DNA of 16,714 nucleotides from NCBI GenBank assembly GCA_027319565.1, contig DAHVNA010000033.1, forward strand, positions 4,982 to 21,695, written 5' to 3'. This document shows, piece after piece, positions 1 through 8,151 of this stretch. A program made the position numbers and the translations under genes. Position 1 is the first letter of the stretch. The number at the start of each line of letters is the position of its first letter. The stretch is from Elusimicrobiota bacterium. Lineage in GTDB: Bacteria; Elusimicrobiota; Elusimicrobia; UBA1565; UBA9628. Under the pieces are notes generated by a model. It worked only from the letters and a program-made list of their open reading frames with translations. It had not been told where the DNA came from and did no database searches.

Positions 1-1
1 G

Positions 2-448
2 GTTTCGGAGTCCATTCAGGTCGCGATGAAAGAAATCGCCAACCGCTTTGATTTTAAAGACGCCCAGGCCTCTATCGAGCTTAATTCAAAGGATAAAAAA
101 CTGATTCTTCGCGCAAAAGATGAGAATCGCATCGAGGCGGCTTTCGATGTTCTCTCAATGCGAATGGCTAAGCGCGGGCTTCCGCTTAAAAATTTTAAAA
201 AGGAAAAAGTGGAAACGGCCCTGGGGCAAACGGCCCGAATGGAGGTCTCCGTTCAATCTGGGATACCGACAGACAAGGCCAAGGAAATGTCGGCATCTCT
301 TAAGGCGGCCAAACTCAAGGTCAACCCCTCGATTCAGGCAGACCAGTTGAGAGTTTCCAGTAAATCCAAAGACGATCTTCAGGCGGCGATGGCCCATCTT
401 AAAAACGGAAATTTCGGCCTAGATATCCAGTTTAAAAACTTCCGTTGA
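2..448 (+). CDS. yajQ: YajQ family nucleotide/cyclic-di-GMP-binding protein (5'-truncated by the window edge)
   Basis: Frame is open from nt 2 (VSESIQVAMKEIANRFDFK). Motifs KEIANRFDFK, QSGIPTDKAK, KLKVNPSIQADQLRVSSKSKDDLQ and the terminal IQFKNFR are typical YajQ. The ATG at 26 in the ORF track is internal. Confidence 0.95.
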   Translation, partial: VSESIQVAMKEIANRFDFKDAQASIELNSKDKKLILRAKDENRIEAAFDVLSMRMAKRGLPLKNFKKEKVETALGQTARMEVSVQSGIPTDKAKEMSASLKAAKLKVNPSIQADQLRVSSKSKDDLQAAMAHLKNGNFGLDIQFKNFR

Positions 449-2613
449 TGAGGATCAGACTCCTAATCGCGGCCGTCCTTCTTTTCCCGCGAGCGGCCGC
501 GGCTGTCCAAGCCCCAAACGCCAAAACCCAATCATCCGATCCTTTTTTATGGCTAGAGCCTACCAACTCGCCCAAAGCTCTTCAATGGGTCAAGGCCCAA
601 AATCAAAAGACCTTGTCGGTTTTAGCCCAGGACCCTAGATACAAAATCATCCGCGAGAAAATTCTTAAAATTCTTGAAGCTCCGGACAAGCTCGCCTATC
701 CCAATCTGCGCGGAAAATGGGTTTATAATTTCTGGCAAGACCACAGACACGTGCGCGGAGTTTGGCGCCGCGCCTTGATTTCCGATTACTCAACTCCCCA
801 TCCCCATTGGCAAAATCTACTGGATATCGACGAACTCGCCAAGAAAGAAAAGAAAAACTGGGTTTGGCAGGGGGCGGAGTGCCTGCCTTCCTCTCAAGAG
901 CGTGCGCGGCCGACTCAGAAAACGGCGTTTCGGCCGCGCCTGCCCCCTATCTATCACCGCTGTCTGCTCAATCTCTCTGATGGAGGAACCGACGCGAAAT
1001 TGGTCAGGGAATTTGACATCCCTTCGCGCTCTTTTGTCAAAGACGGGTTTAATCTCCCCAATGCCAAATCCGAAACGGCTTGGTTAAACCAAGACGCGAT
1101 TTTAGTCGCAACCGATTTCGGCCCGGGAACCTTGACCAGCTCGGGATATCCCAGAATCGTCAAACTCTGGAAGCGGCACACGCCCTTGTCCCAAGCCCAA
1201 ACTCTTTTTAAAGGAAAGAAAACCGACATGGAGGCCTACGGCTTCGTTAATTTCCGCCCCTCCGGCCCCATTGCCGTCATCGTCAGAACTCCGGCTTTTT
1301 TCCGTTCGATTAATTATTGGATTTCACCCCATCAAAAGCTCAAGCGCATTCCAATTCCCGAGGACGCGGATTTAAAAGGTTTTTTTAAGGGCTTGGCTCT
1401 GGCCGTTTTGAGAAGCGATTGGAAAACCCCTTCCGGCAAATTTCTTCGGGGAGATCTCATCTCTTGGCCGATGGCCGATATCGACAAAACTCACCCCGAG
1501 CGTTTCGCGTCCTTGGTCTATCGCCCCAAATTTCATGAGACCATTGAAGACGCCCTTGCGGCCAGAAGCGTTCTTTATCTCTCGATTCTTCACGACGTGC
1601 ATGGACAAATTTTGGAAGGCCGCCTTAAAAATTCTCGATGGTCCTTAAGCGAAATCAAACTCCCCCATAACGGCGCGACCGATATCGTCTCCGGAGAAAG
1701 TCTTTCAAACACGATTTTCCTCAGTTACCAGGATTTTTTGACTCCCACCACGCTTTATCTCAAAGACCGCTCGGGGCCCAAAGTCGTCAAGAAACTTCCC
1801 GCGCGCTTTGACGCCCAAAATCTCGTCTCCGAACAAATCTGGACTCACAGTAAAGACGGAACCGCCATCCCCTATTTTATCATCCATCAAAAACAAATTA
1901 AATTTGACGGAAAAAACCCGACGCTTCTTTACGGCTACGGCGGATTTGAAATTTCGATGACGCCGTTTTATTCCGGCATTATCGGAAAAATCTGGCTTAG
2001 AAAAGGCGGGGTCTACGCGCTCGCCAATATCCGCGGCGGCGGGGAATTTGGGCCGGCTTGGCATGAAGCGGCGCTTAAAACCCATCGCCAAAAGGCCTAC
2101 GACGATTTTTTGGCCGTCGCAAAAGATCTCATCCAAAGAAAAATCACCTCGCCCCGGCATCTGGGAATCATGGGAGGATCCAACGGCGGGCTTTTAGTCG
2201 GAGCGGCTTTTACGGAAAGGCCGGATCTCTTTAACGCCGTCGTTTGCCAGGTTCCGCTTTTGGACATGTTGCGCTACACCCACATCGGAGCCGGAGCCTC
2301 TTGGATCGCCGAGTACGGAGATCCTAAAGATCCCAAAATGGCCGCAGCTATTAGCCGCTATTCCCCCTATCAAAACGTAAAACCCGGGGTTCAGTATCCG
2401 CAAGTTTTTTTCTTAAGCTCTAAAGATGATGACCGCGTCGCCCCCACTCATGCCCGAAAAATGGCGGCCAAGATGGAATCTTTGGGGGATCCGGTTTTCT
2501 ACTATGAGAGCCTCGACGGCGGACACTCCTCTGCCGCCAATCTTAAAAAAGCGGCCAAGGAGTACGCGCTTGAATACGCCTACCTTTTTGAGCGGCTGTT
2601 CCCCAACAAATAG
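448..2613 (+). CDS. Exported prolyl oligopeptidase, peptidase family S9A
   Basis: N-terminal signal peptide (MRIRLLIAAVLLFPRAAAA), DPFLWLE N-terminal motif, SKDGTAIPYF, LLYGYGGF, ANIRGGGEFGPAWH, and catalytic triad motifs GGSNGG (Ser), DDRV (Asp), GGH (His). The ATG at 448 overlaps the yajQ TGA (TGATG). Confidence 0.96.
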   Translation: MRIRLLIAAVLLFPRAAAAVQAPNAKTQSSDPFLWLEPTNSPKALQWVKAQNQKTLSVLAQDPRYKIIREKILKILEAPDKLAYPNLRGKWVYNFWQDHRHVRGVWRRALISDYSTPHPHWQNLLDIDELAKKEKKNWVWQGAECLPSSQERARPTQKTAFRPRLPPIYHRCLLNLSDGGTDAKLVREFDIPSRSFVKDGFNLPNAKSETAWLNQDAILVATDFGPGTLTSSGYPRIVKLWKRHTPLSQAQTLFKGKKTDMEAYGFVNFRPSGPIAVIVRTPAFFRSINYWISPHQKLKRIPIPEDADLKGFFKGLALAVLRSDWKTPSGKFLRGDLISWPMADIDKTHPERFASLVYRPKFHETIEDALAARSVLYLSILHDVHGQILEGRLKNSRWSLSEIKLPHNGATDIVSGESLSNTIFLSYQDFLTPTTLYLKDRSGPKVVKKLPARFDAQNLVSEQIWTHSKDGTAIPYFIIHQKQIKFDGKNPTLLYGYGGFEISMTPFYSGIIGKIWLRKGGVYALANIRGGGEFGPAWHEAALKTHRQKAYDDFLAVAKDLIQRKITSPRHLGIMGGSNGGLLVGAAFTERPDLFNAVVCQVPLLDMLRYTHIGAGASWIAEYGDPKDPKMAAAISRYSPYQNVKPGVQYPQVFFLSSKDDDRVAPTHARKMAAKMESLGDPVFYYESLDGGHSSAANLKKAAKEYALEYAYLFERLFPNK
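881..944. repeat. 57-bp in-frame insertion with a 10-bp inverted repeat, bounded by a 7-bp direct repeat
   Basis: GCCTGCC at 881-887 and 938-944 (57 bp apart). GCGCGGCCGA (904-913) and TCGGCCGCGC (930-939) are exact reverse complements around a 16-nt loop. Confidence 0.7.
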
Positions 2614-2630
2614 GGACTGTCCCCTTTTTT
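2608..2630. repeat. Short REP-like palindrome GGGAC-T-GTCCC with A/T-rich flanks
   Basis: AAATAGGGACTGTCCCCTTTTTT; perfect core palindrome at 2613-2623 fills the gap between the peptidase stop and the next ATG. Confidence 0.45.
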
Positions 2631-3263
2631 ATGGAAATCATTTTTGAAGACGCCCATTTAATCGTGGTTTCAAAAGCCTGCGGCGAAACCGTCGTTTTTG
2701 GACGCAATTTAAAAGAAAAACCGCTCAATTATCTTCTCTCGGAAAAATTGGGGCATTGCGTCTATCCGGTTCACCGTTTAGACAAGGAAACTAGCGGGGT
2801 TTGTCTTTTCGCCAAGGACCCTCAAACCCAGCGCCGATTGTCGTCTCTTTTTGAAGCCCGTAAAATTAAAAAAACCTATTGGGCCTTAGTTTCCGGAAAA
2901 TTAGAGGGGCAAGGTTCTATTGACGCCCCGCTTAAATTGTTCGGCTCCGGGCGAACCGGGGTCTCAAAAGAAGGAAAGCCGTCAAGCACTCTCTACCGCG
3001 CCCTTCAAAGTTGCCAGAGCGCTTCTCTTTTGGAGCTTTCGCCCCTGAGCGGAAGGCGACATCAAATTCGCGCCCATCTCTATTTTATTGGACACCCCAT
3101 CTTGGGGGATTCTCTCTATGGGAAATCCGCTATCGCGGCTCCGCGGTTAATGCTTCACGCGCTTAAAATTTTAATTCCGGAATCAAACTGGCCGAGCTTT
3201 GAATCTCAGATACCCGAGGATTTTGAAAACTTATATCGAAGAATTCTGAGTCAGGAAATATAG
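2631..3263 (+). CDS. RluA-family RNA pseudouridine synthase (no S4 domain)
   Basis: IIFED..LIVVSK start, catalytic motif VHRLDKETSG, KKTYWALV, GRRHQIRAHL, GHPILGDSLYG, RLMLHA. Confidence 0.95.
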   Translation: MEIIFEDAHLIVVSKACGETVVFGRNLKEKPLNYLLSEKLGHCVYPVHRLDKETSGVCLFAKDPQTQRRLSSLFEARKIKKTYWALVSGKLEGQGSIDAPLKLFGSGRTGVSKEGKPSSTLYRALQSCQSASLLELSPLSGRRHQIRAHLYFIGHPILGDSLYGKSAIAAPRLMLHALKILIPESNWPSFESQIPEDFENLYRRILSQEI

Positions 3264-3808
3264 ACGAAATTATTGTCAGTTTGAGACAAAGAAGGAAGCT
3301 CGGCGTCTTTGGAAGACAAATGCGGATGCTCGACCGGCCAGGAAATATTGAGCGCCGGATCATTCCAGATGATGCCGCGCTCGTTTTCGGGAGACCAGTA
3401 TCCCGTCGTCCGGTAAAGCACGGCGGCCTCAAGGCTTAAAGCGCAAAACCCGTGGGCAAAACCTTCCGGAACCCACAACATCCGATTGACGTCCCCGGAA
3501 AGCTCCAGAGCCGCCCACTGTCCAAAAGTGGGAGAGCCTTTGCGAATATCAACGGCGACATCCCAAATTTTTCCGTAAACGCAACGCACTAATTTGCCGA
3601 TTCCTGAAGGACGCTTTTGATAATGAAGCCCGCGAATAACCCCCTGGCGGGATTTTGAAAGATTGTCCTGAACAAAGCGCGCGCCGGGAACGGCGGCAAA
3701 ATCCTCTTCTCGCCAGCTTTCCATGAAGAGTCCCCGTTCATCCGGAAAAGCCTTCCCTTCAACCAACAAGAGACCAGGAATTTTATAAGGCGATAAATGC
3801 GCGGACAT
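3251..3808 (-). CDS. rmlC: dTDP-4-dehydrorhamnose 3,5-epimerase
   Basis: DERGLFMES, FVQDNLSKS..GVIRGLHYQ, KLVRCVYGKIWDVAVDIRKGSPTFGQW, LWVPEGFAHGF, GIIWNDP, LSSKD. Confidence 0.97.
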   Translation of the reverse strand: MSAHLSPYKIPGLLLVEGKAFPDERGLFMESWREEDFAAVPGARFVQDNLSKSRQGVIRGLHYQKRPSGIGKLVRCVYGKIWDVAVDIRKGSPTFGQWAALELSGDVNRMLWVPEGFAHGFCALSLEAAVLYRTTGYWSPENERGIIWNDPALNISWPVEHPHLSSKDAELPSLSQTDNNFVYIS

Positions 3809-5158
3809 TTAGGCGGTAACGGATTGTTTTTTCCAATAATCCTGGCCCGCGGCGGAAAGGGTATAGACCGGATCATAATATTCATAACGCCGGGTCAAGG
3901 CGTCGGGATCGTTTTTTTCGATCGATGTCCGGTAATTTTTAGTCCAGTAGGAAATCCCTTTTTCCCGATCATAGGCGTCGACTTGATGGACCCATCTCTT
4001 TCCCACCAAGGGAACGTCGCAGACAATTCTAGGAGTCGCAAAACCCGGAAGATATCCCATGATATCGTGCTGAAGCCTTTGGGCTTCGTCAATAGAAACC
4101 CTCCAATGCTCGGAATTAGGAATCATATCGCAAACATAAAAATAATAAGGCATGATTTTCGCGTGATCTAAAAGGGTAAAACAAAGCTCCAAAAGGTCTT
4201 GCGGCGTCGCATTGACCCCCCGCAAAATGACCCCTTGATTGCGCACATCCCGAAAACCCAGCTCCAAAATCTTTTTTGCGGCCTTGGCGACCAAGGGAGT
4301 GACCTGCGCGGCGTTATTGGCATGGGTGTGAAGAGCGATATCCACTCCGCGCTCGCGCGCTTTTTTGGCCAGACGCTCAAAAGCCCTTAAAACCTCATCC
4401 TGCAAAAAATGTTGCGGAAGGCCCTGAAGCCCTTTGGATGCCAGTCGAATGTCGCGAATGTTAGGGATATCCATCAAAGACGAAACAAAGGCTTCCAGCT
4501 GCGCGATTGGGACATTGGCAATATCGCCGCCAGAGACGACCACGTCCCGGACCGCGGGAGTTTTTCTTAAATAGTCGAGCATGAGATCAAATCTTTTTTG
4601 CGGAAGAAGCTCGAATTTTCTTTTCTGGACCTGGGGCACAGAATTGCCGACCAAATCCATTCTAGTGCAATGCCCGCAGTATTGAGGGCAGGTCGAAATT
4701 AACTCCGCTAGGACCTTGGTGGGATAGCGGTGAGTCAAGCCCTCAACGGCCCACATCTCGCTTTCATGCAGGCTGTCTCGCCCGGCCTTTGGGTGGTTCG
4801 GCCACTCAGAATGGCGATCCGAAATCATCGGAATCATGTAGCGGCGCACGGGATCATGGCGCAAATCTTTTTCATTGATCGTGTTGAGCATCTGCGGCGG
4901 AATCAGCATCGACATCGTCGCATATTCTTTTTGATCGCACTCGATTTCCAAGGCCAGGTCATCGGTCAAATAAGCGCCTAGGGCATTTTTAAGCTCTTTA
5001 AGATTTTTGACCGAATGCTGCCGCTGCCACAAAGCGCTCTCCCACTCCGAAGAAGAGACGTCTTTATAGCCGGGCAAACGCCGCCAGTCCGGCTCGACAA
5101 ACGCGCGTTTAAGCGGGTAGGAAAACGGCTGCGAATTTTTCTGGCTCAAGTTCCCCAT
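3809..5158 (-). CDS. kamA: KamA-family radical SAM aminomutase (lysine 2,3-aminomutase-like)
   Basis: GLTHRYPTKVL, CxxxCxxC motif CPQYCGHCTR, DVVVSGGD, NQGVILRGVN, PYYFYVCDMI, and likely PLP lysine in DVPLVGKR. The C-terminus (GISYWTKNYRT...YEYYDP) resembles the actinobacterial/myxobacterial subtype as I recall it. Substrate not proven. Confidence 0.9.
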   Translation of the reverse strand: MGNLSQKNSQPFSYPLKRAFVEPDWRRLPGYKDVSSSEWESALWQRQHSVKNLKELKNALGAYLTDDLALEIECDQKEYATMSMLIPPQMLNTINEKDLRHDPVRRYMIPMISDRHSEWPNHPKAGRDSLHESEMWAVEGLTHRYPTKVLAELISTCPQYCGHCTRMDLVGNSVPQVQKRKFELLPQKRFDLMLDYLRKTPAVRDVVVSGGDIANVPIAQLEAFVSSLMDIPNIRDIRLASKGLQGLPQHFLQDEVLRAFERLAKKARERGVDIALHTHANNAAQVTPLVAKAAKKILELGFRDVRNQGVILRGVNATPQDLLELCFTLLDHAKIMPYYFYVCDMIPNSEHWRVSIDEAQRLQHDIMGYLPGFATPRIVCDVPLVGKRWVHQVDAYDREKGISYWTKNYRTSIEKNDPDALTRRYEYYDPVYTLSAAGQDYWKKQSVTA

Positions 5159-5165
5159 CTCCTGA

Positions 5166-5171
5166 ATTATA
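5166..5171 (-). promoter_or_regulatory. -10 element TATAAT, 7 nt upstream of the kamA-like ATG
   Basis: Minus strand reads TATAAT-tcaggag-ATG. Confidence 0.6.
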
Positions 5172-5173
5172 AC

Positions 5174-5746
5174 TCAGTATCCCATGGGATTAAAAGAGCG
5201 CAGAAAATCGATAAAGGTATCGCGATAATCTAAATAGACCGAACGCGTGCTGGAAAGAGTGATAATCCAATAACTTCTCCCGCGCGGCAAAATAGCCACG
5301 TAAGAATGAAGATGCTTTTTGATCGATGGAAGGCGTTCGCTGGGAAGCCAGCGGTTTTCATTGATTTCAAACATTCGAGCGAAAGTGTCGGCTCCTCTGA
5401 CCACGCGCAACAAAGTGGAAGAGCGCCCGGTCAGGGAATCGGATGCGCGCATTCCCTCCACCGCCTTGGTTAGCGGCACAAACCCGGGGCGGCTGGAATC
5501 AAACCAGTGGATGTCAATTCCGGTTCGGTAAACCCCGGTGGGGTCATCCGGCCCCAGGATATGGACGACATAACCCATCTGATCTTTTTCGCTAAAGGCC
5601 ACCCAACCCTTAGGCAAGGTGCAGGAGAAATCCCGCCAAGGCGAGACGTAATCAGTCGAATTATCCGAACCCGCGAACGCCGAACATCCTAGCAGTAAAA
5701 TTGCCGTCAAAAGCCCGAGTTTTTTCCCAATTCTTTTAAGGAACAT
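5174..5746 (-). CDS. Exported or lipoprotein hypothetical protein, possibly PsbP/DcrB-like fold
   Basis: Start reassigned to the ATG at 5746 (AGGAG SD upstream; MFLKRIGKKLGLLTAILLLGCSAFA signal with possible lipobox LLGC). FSCTLPKGW near the N-terminus and the terminal YWIITLSS...FIDFLRSF pattern resemble PsbP-like proteins. The start overlaps the upstream gene's 3' end. Confidence 0.65.
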   Translation of the reverse strand: MFLKRIGKKLGLLTAILLLGCSAFAGSDNSTDYVSPWRDFSCTLPKGWVAFSEKDQMGYVVHILGPDDPTGVYRTGIDIHWFDSSRPGFVPLTKAVEGMRASDSLTGRSSTLLRVVRGADTFARMFEINENRWLPSERLPSIKKHLHSYVAILPRGRSYWIITLSSTRSVYLDYRDTFIDFLRSFNPMGY

Positions 5747-8090
5747 AAGGCGCTCCTGTTTTCTCGCGGAAATTTTTCTCGGCCAAGGCCGCCTCATCCA
5801 TCAATTGATTGAGGATGTTGGACCCCATGAACTCCTTCTGCCAATAATTGATGCATTCCCGGCGAGATGGAATTTTTTTGTTGGCCTCAATGGCCGTAGC
5901 CCTAAAATCAAGGCTGTTGAGAGCCCGTTCAAAATCGCTTTCGCTAACGAAATGAGCTTTCGCCAAGGACATCGCTTCTTTTTTAGTCGAATCGATACTC
6001 TCCGACTCTTTGAGCGCGTTTTCCTTGCCTAAAGATTTCGGACAGGCGACATATGATTTCCGGATAAAATAATCGCGGCGGGAAGGGCCGATATGGCGCA
6101 AATCCCAGAGTGAATTTTGCCCCGAGGCCAGGGAATGGATGATAAAATCATGAAACCGCGCCGGATGGTTGAGCCAATCCTCAAACAAAGCCCGCATCTG
6201 GGGATCGAGAAAGTCCGCGGTCTTAGCCCCGTCTTTAATCTGGGCGTAGAGAAGCATCTGCGCGGAATAGGCATAGGACTGTTCTTGATAGGGAAACGCC
6301 GACCAGCCCTCAATTTGGGCTTCCAATTCCAACAGCCCATGGAGCAAAAAGCCCGCCATCTCAAAAGAAGAATAATTTCCGCGTTCGCTTCCATCGGAAT
6401 AAATCTGGGTCTTGGTTCCCCAATCGCCGGACTCAACTTTATCCGGGCGAGCGGAAAGGTCTAAAGCCGCAACCGACGGAACCGGGACCCCCATCGTCTG
6501 ATAGGCGGCAGACGACACCGGAAGCATTGCTTTCCAGTCTTCAAAAATAAATTCCCGCTTTGAGGCCAGAACCGGATTGGGGTTAATGGCAACGGTGGCT
6601 TCAAAACGCCCCTCTGAGTTCTGTTTTAAAAATGTCTTTTGATGAGCCTCTTTTCCCATTTGATCCGAATCGATGACGATTGCCGGCATCAAATTCATCA
6701 CGATATTTAAAGCTCTTGAGCGAAACGGCTCTTGGGCGTCGGTGTTAATAAGCCTCAATAGGCCCTTCGGGTCTTCGGAATAAGGAGCGCTCAACAAAAA
6801 CTTTTCGAAATCGGCGGGAGAAACCGCGCTTAAAGGAGGCAAGGCATAACTCTTTAAAGGCGGAAGAGGCGTTGGCCCCTTTGGTTTTGAAACCCCATAC
6901 TCTCTGGACCCAATGACGCTGGAAGAGGCCAAGGCCTGGCGAATGGAAGCAACCGTCACTTGAGATAAAGTGGCAGAAGAATTGAAGACTTCCACCGAGG
7001 CTTTCGCCGTGGACGAGGAAATTGCCGTGGAAACGGGAGAATGGACGAGCGGTTGAGAAATAGCGGCGGGGCTTGAAATAGGCGCGCGAACTGCGGATAC
7101 GGCTTGGGCCGCCACGGACGCGGGAAGAGAAAGCGCATGAGTCGCCGCCGCGACAGGAACCGCTGCCAAAGAAGAGGCTTGCCCCAACGCCGCTCCTGAA
7201 CCCGCGGCAACCGCTGCCGCGGGCGGCAAAGAAGAAAGCGCATTTGAGGGAGAAATCAATTGTGGAGACGGCTTGACCGCCAAGGCCGGAGCGCTTGGAA
7301 GCGCCGGAGCCGCAGCAGTTTGAGTCGCAACCGGCGCGGGCATCGGAGATTGCGAGACCAGCGGCGCCTCGACGGGCGGCGGAGCCGCAACTTCGGAATT
7401 GGAAGGCGAGACAGGAGTTAAAGCCGGGCTTTGAGTTTGCGGCAAAAACGGAGCGGGAGATGCGACCAAGGGAGAATTTTGAATAGGGGCAAACGCCTGC
7501 TGCGGGGCCAAGGGTATTGCGGGCGCGCTCTCGGGAGAGGCCTGAATTTGAGACAAAAACCCGGCGGGAAGCGGCGGGGGCGGCGGGGTTCCCAAAGGCG
7601 CTTGCGACAAAAGGTCGGGATCGGAATCTTCATCGGGAGGAGTTAGATTGAGAGAATATAATTCTTCTCTTGAAAAATAGCGCGAGAAATGTTTGCGGTT
7701 ATCGATCGTAAAAAAAGGCCACACATCTTTAAGAATATGGCGCACTTTTTTGAGCTCATCCGGAGTCAGATGTCCATTGGGATTTTCCGAAAGGATCAAA
7801 TCGATTTTGAGCATCGCCTTTAAGCGCTCGGTGCTTTTAAGCCGGCGAATGAGAACCCGAATTTGGGATTTGCGTATTTCTTCCTTGCGAGAGGGAGACC
7901 ATATCGAGCCGTCGGAATGAACGAAATAGTGGTTGTCCATCAACAAATGGATCACCGGACGCGGCAACGGATCGGCTTTGACATTGTAAAACGGATCGGA
8001 AGGATTTTCCAAACGCGCGTCCATCGGCAAAGCCGCGAACACGCTCTGATTCCAAAGGAAAATAGACGCCAAAATCAGCCGCCTCATCAC
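5736..8090 (-). CDS. Exported 784-aa hypothetical protein: N-terminal domain, long Pro/Ala/Ser-rich linker, C-terminal degenerate zincin-like domain
   Basis: Long ORF with signal peptide (MMRRLILASIFLWNQSVFA), low-complexity central region of roughly 250 aa, and a C-terminal region with LLHGLLE and DPxxRxxF...P..F.D aligning by eye to the HExxH protein at 10523. Confidence 0.75.
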   Translation of the reverse strand: MMRRLILASIFLWNQSVFAALPMDARLENPSDPFYNVKADPLPRPVIHLLMDNHYFVHSDGSIWSPSRKEEIRKSQIRVLIRRLKSTERLKAMLKIDLILSENPNGHLTPDELKKVRHILKDVWPFFTIDNRKHFSRYFSREELYSLNLTPPDEDSDPDLLSQAPLGTPPPPPLPAGFLSQIQASPESAPAIPLAPQQAFAPIQNSPLVASPAPFLPQTQSPALTPVSPSNSEVAAPPPVEAPLVSQSPMPAPVATQTAAAPALPSAPALAVKPSPQLISPSNALSSLPPAAAVAAGSGAALGQASSLAAVPVAAATHALSLPASVAAQAVSAVRAPISSPAAISQPLVHSPVSTAISSSTAKASVEVFNSSATLSQVTVASIRQALASSSVIGSREYGVSKPKGPTPLPPLKSYALPPLSAVSPADFEKFLLSAPYSEDPKGLLRLINTDAQEPFRSRALNIVMNLMPAIVIDSDQMGKEAHQKTFLKQNSEGRFEATVAINPNPVLASKREFIFEDWKAMLPVSSAAYQTMGVPVPSVAALDLSARPDKVESGDWGTKTQIYSDGSERGNYSSFEMAGFLLHGLLELEAQIEGWSAFPYQEQSYAYSAQMLLYAQIKDGAKTADFLDPQMRALFEDWLNHPARFHDFIIHSLASGQNSLWDLRHIGPSRRDYFIRKSYVACPKSLGKENALKESESIDSTKKEAMSLAKAHFVSESDFERALNSLDFRATAIEANKKIPSRRECINYWQKEFMGSNILNQLMDEAALAEKNFREKTGAPYVP

Positions 8091-8096
8091 CCTCTT

Positions 8097-8102
8097 AGTT
8101 TA
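8097..8102 (-). promoter_or_regulatory. -10 element TAAACT, 6 nt upstream of the GTG start of the 784-aa gene
   Basis: Minus strand reads TAAACT-aagagg-GTG ATG. Confidence 0.5.
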
Positions 8103-8151
8103 ACCCTTTCAGGTTACCCAAATATTTCAGGTTTTAGAGGAGGCTTGGTCT

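Noticed and set aside
1705..2160. 151-aa antisense ORF, and the other 60-135 aa shadow ORFs in the track
   Set aside because: They lie opposite or out of frame within well-supported CDSs and have no motifs or start signals I can recognise.
3051..3071. GRRHQIR instead of the usual GRTHQIR in the pseudouridine synthase
   Set aside because: A single substitution at a position that varies in the family; the catalytic HRLD motif is intact.
3251..3263. 13-bp convergent overlap of the pseudouridine synthase and rmlC 3' ends (and the 2-bp gap between dusB and the kinase)
   Set aside because: Short convergent overlaps without hairpin terminators are ordinary in compact genomes.
5747..5797. N-terminal extension of the 207-aa ORF
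   Set aside because: The ATG at 5746 has an AGGAG SD and puts the signal peptide at the N-terminus; the extension lies within the upstream CDS.
6830..7620. Pro/Ala-rich GC-rich stretch as a tandem repeat or foreign insertion
   Set aside because: No exact periodic DNA repeat was seen; the composition is explained by a low-complexity protein linker in an intact frame.
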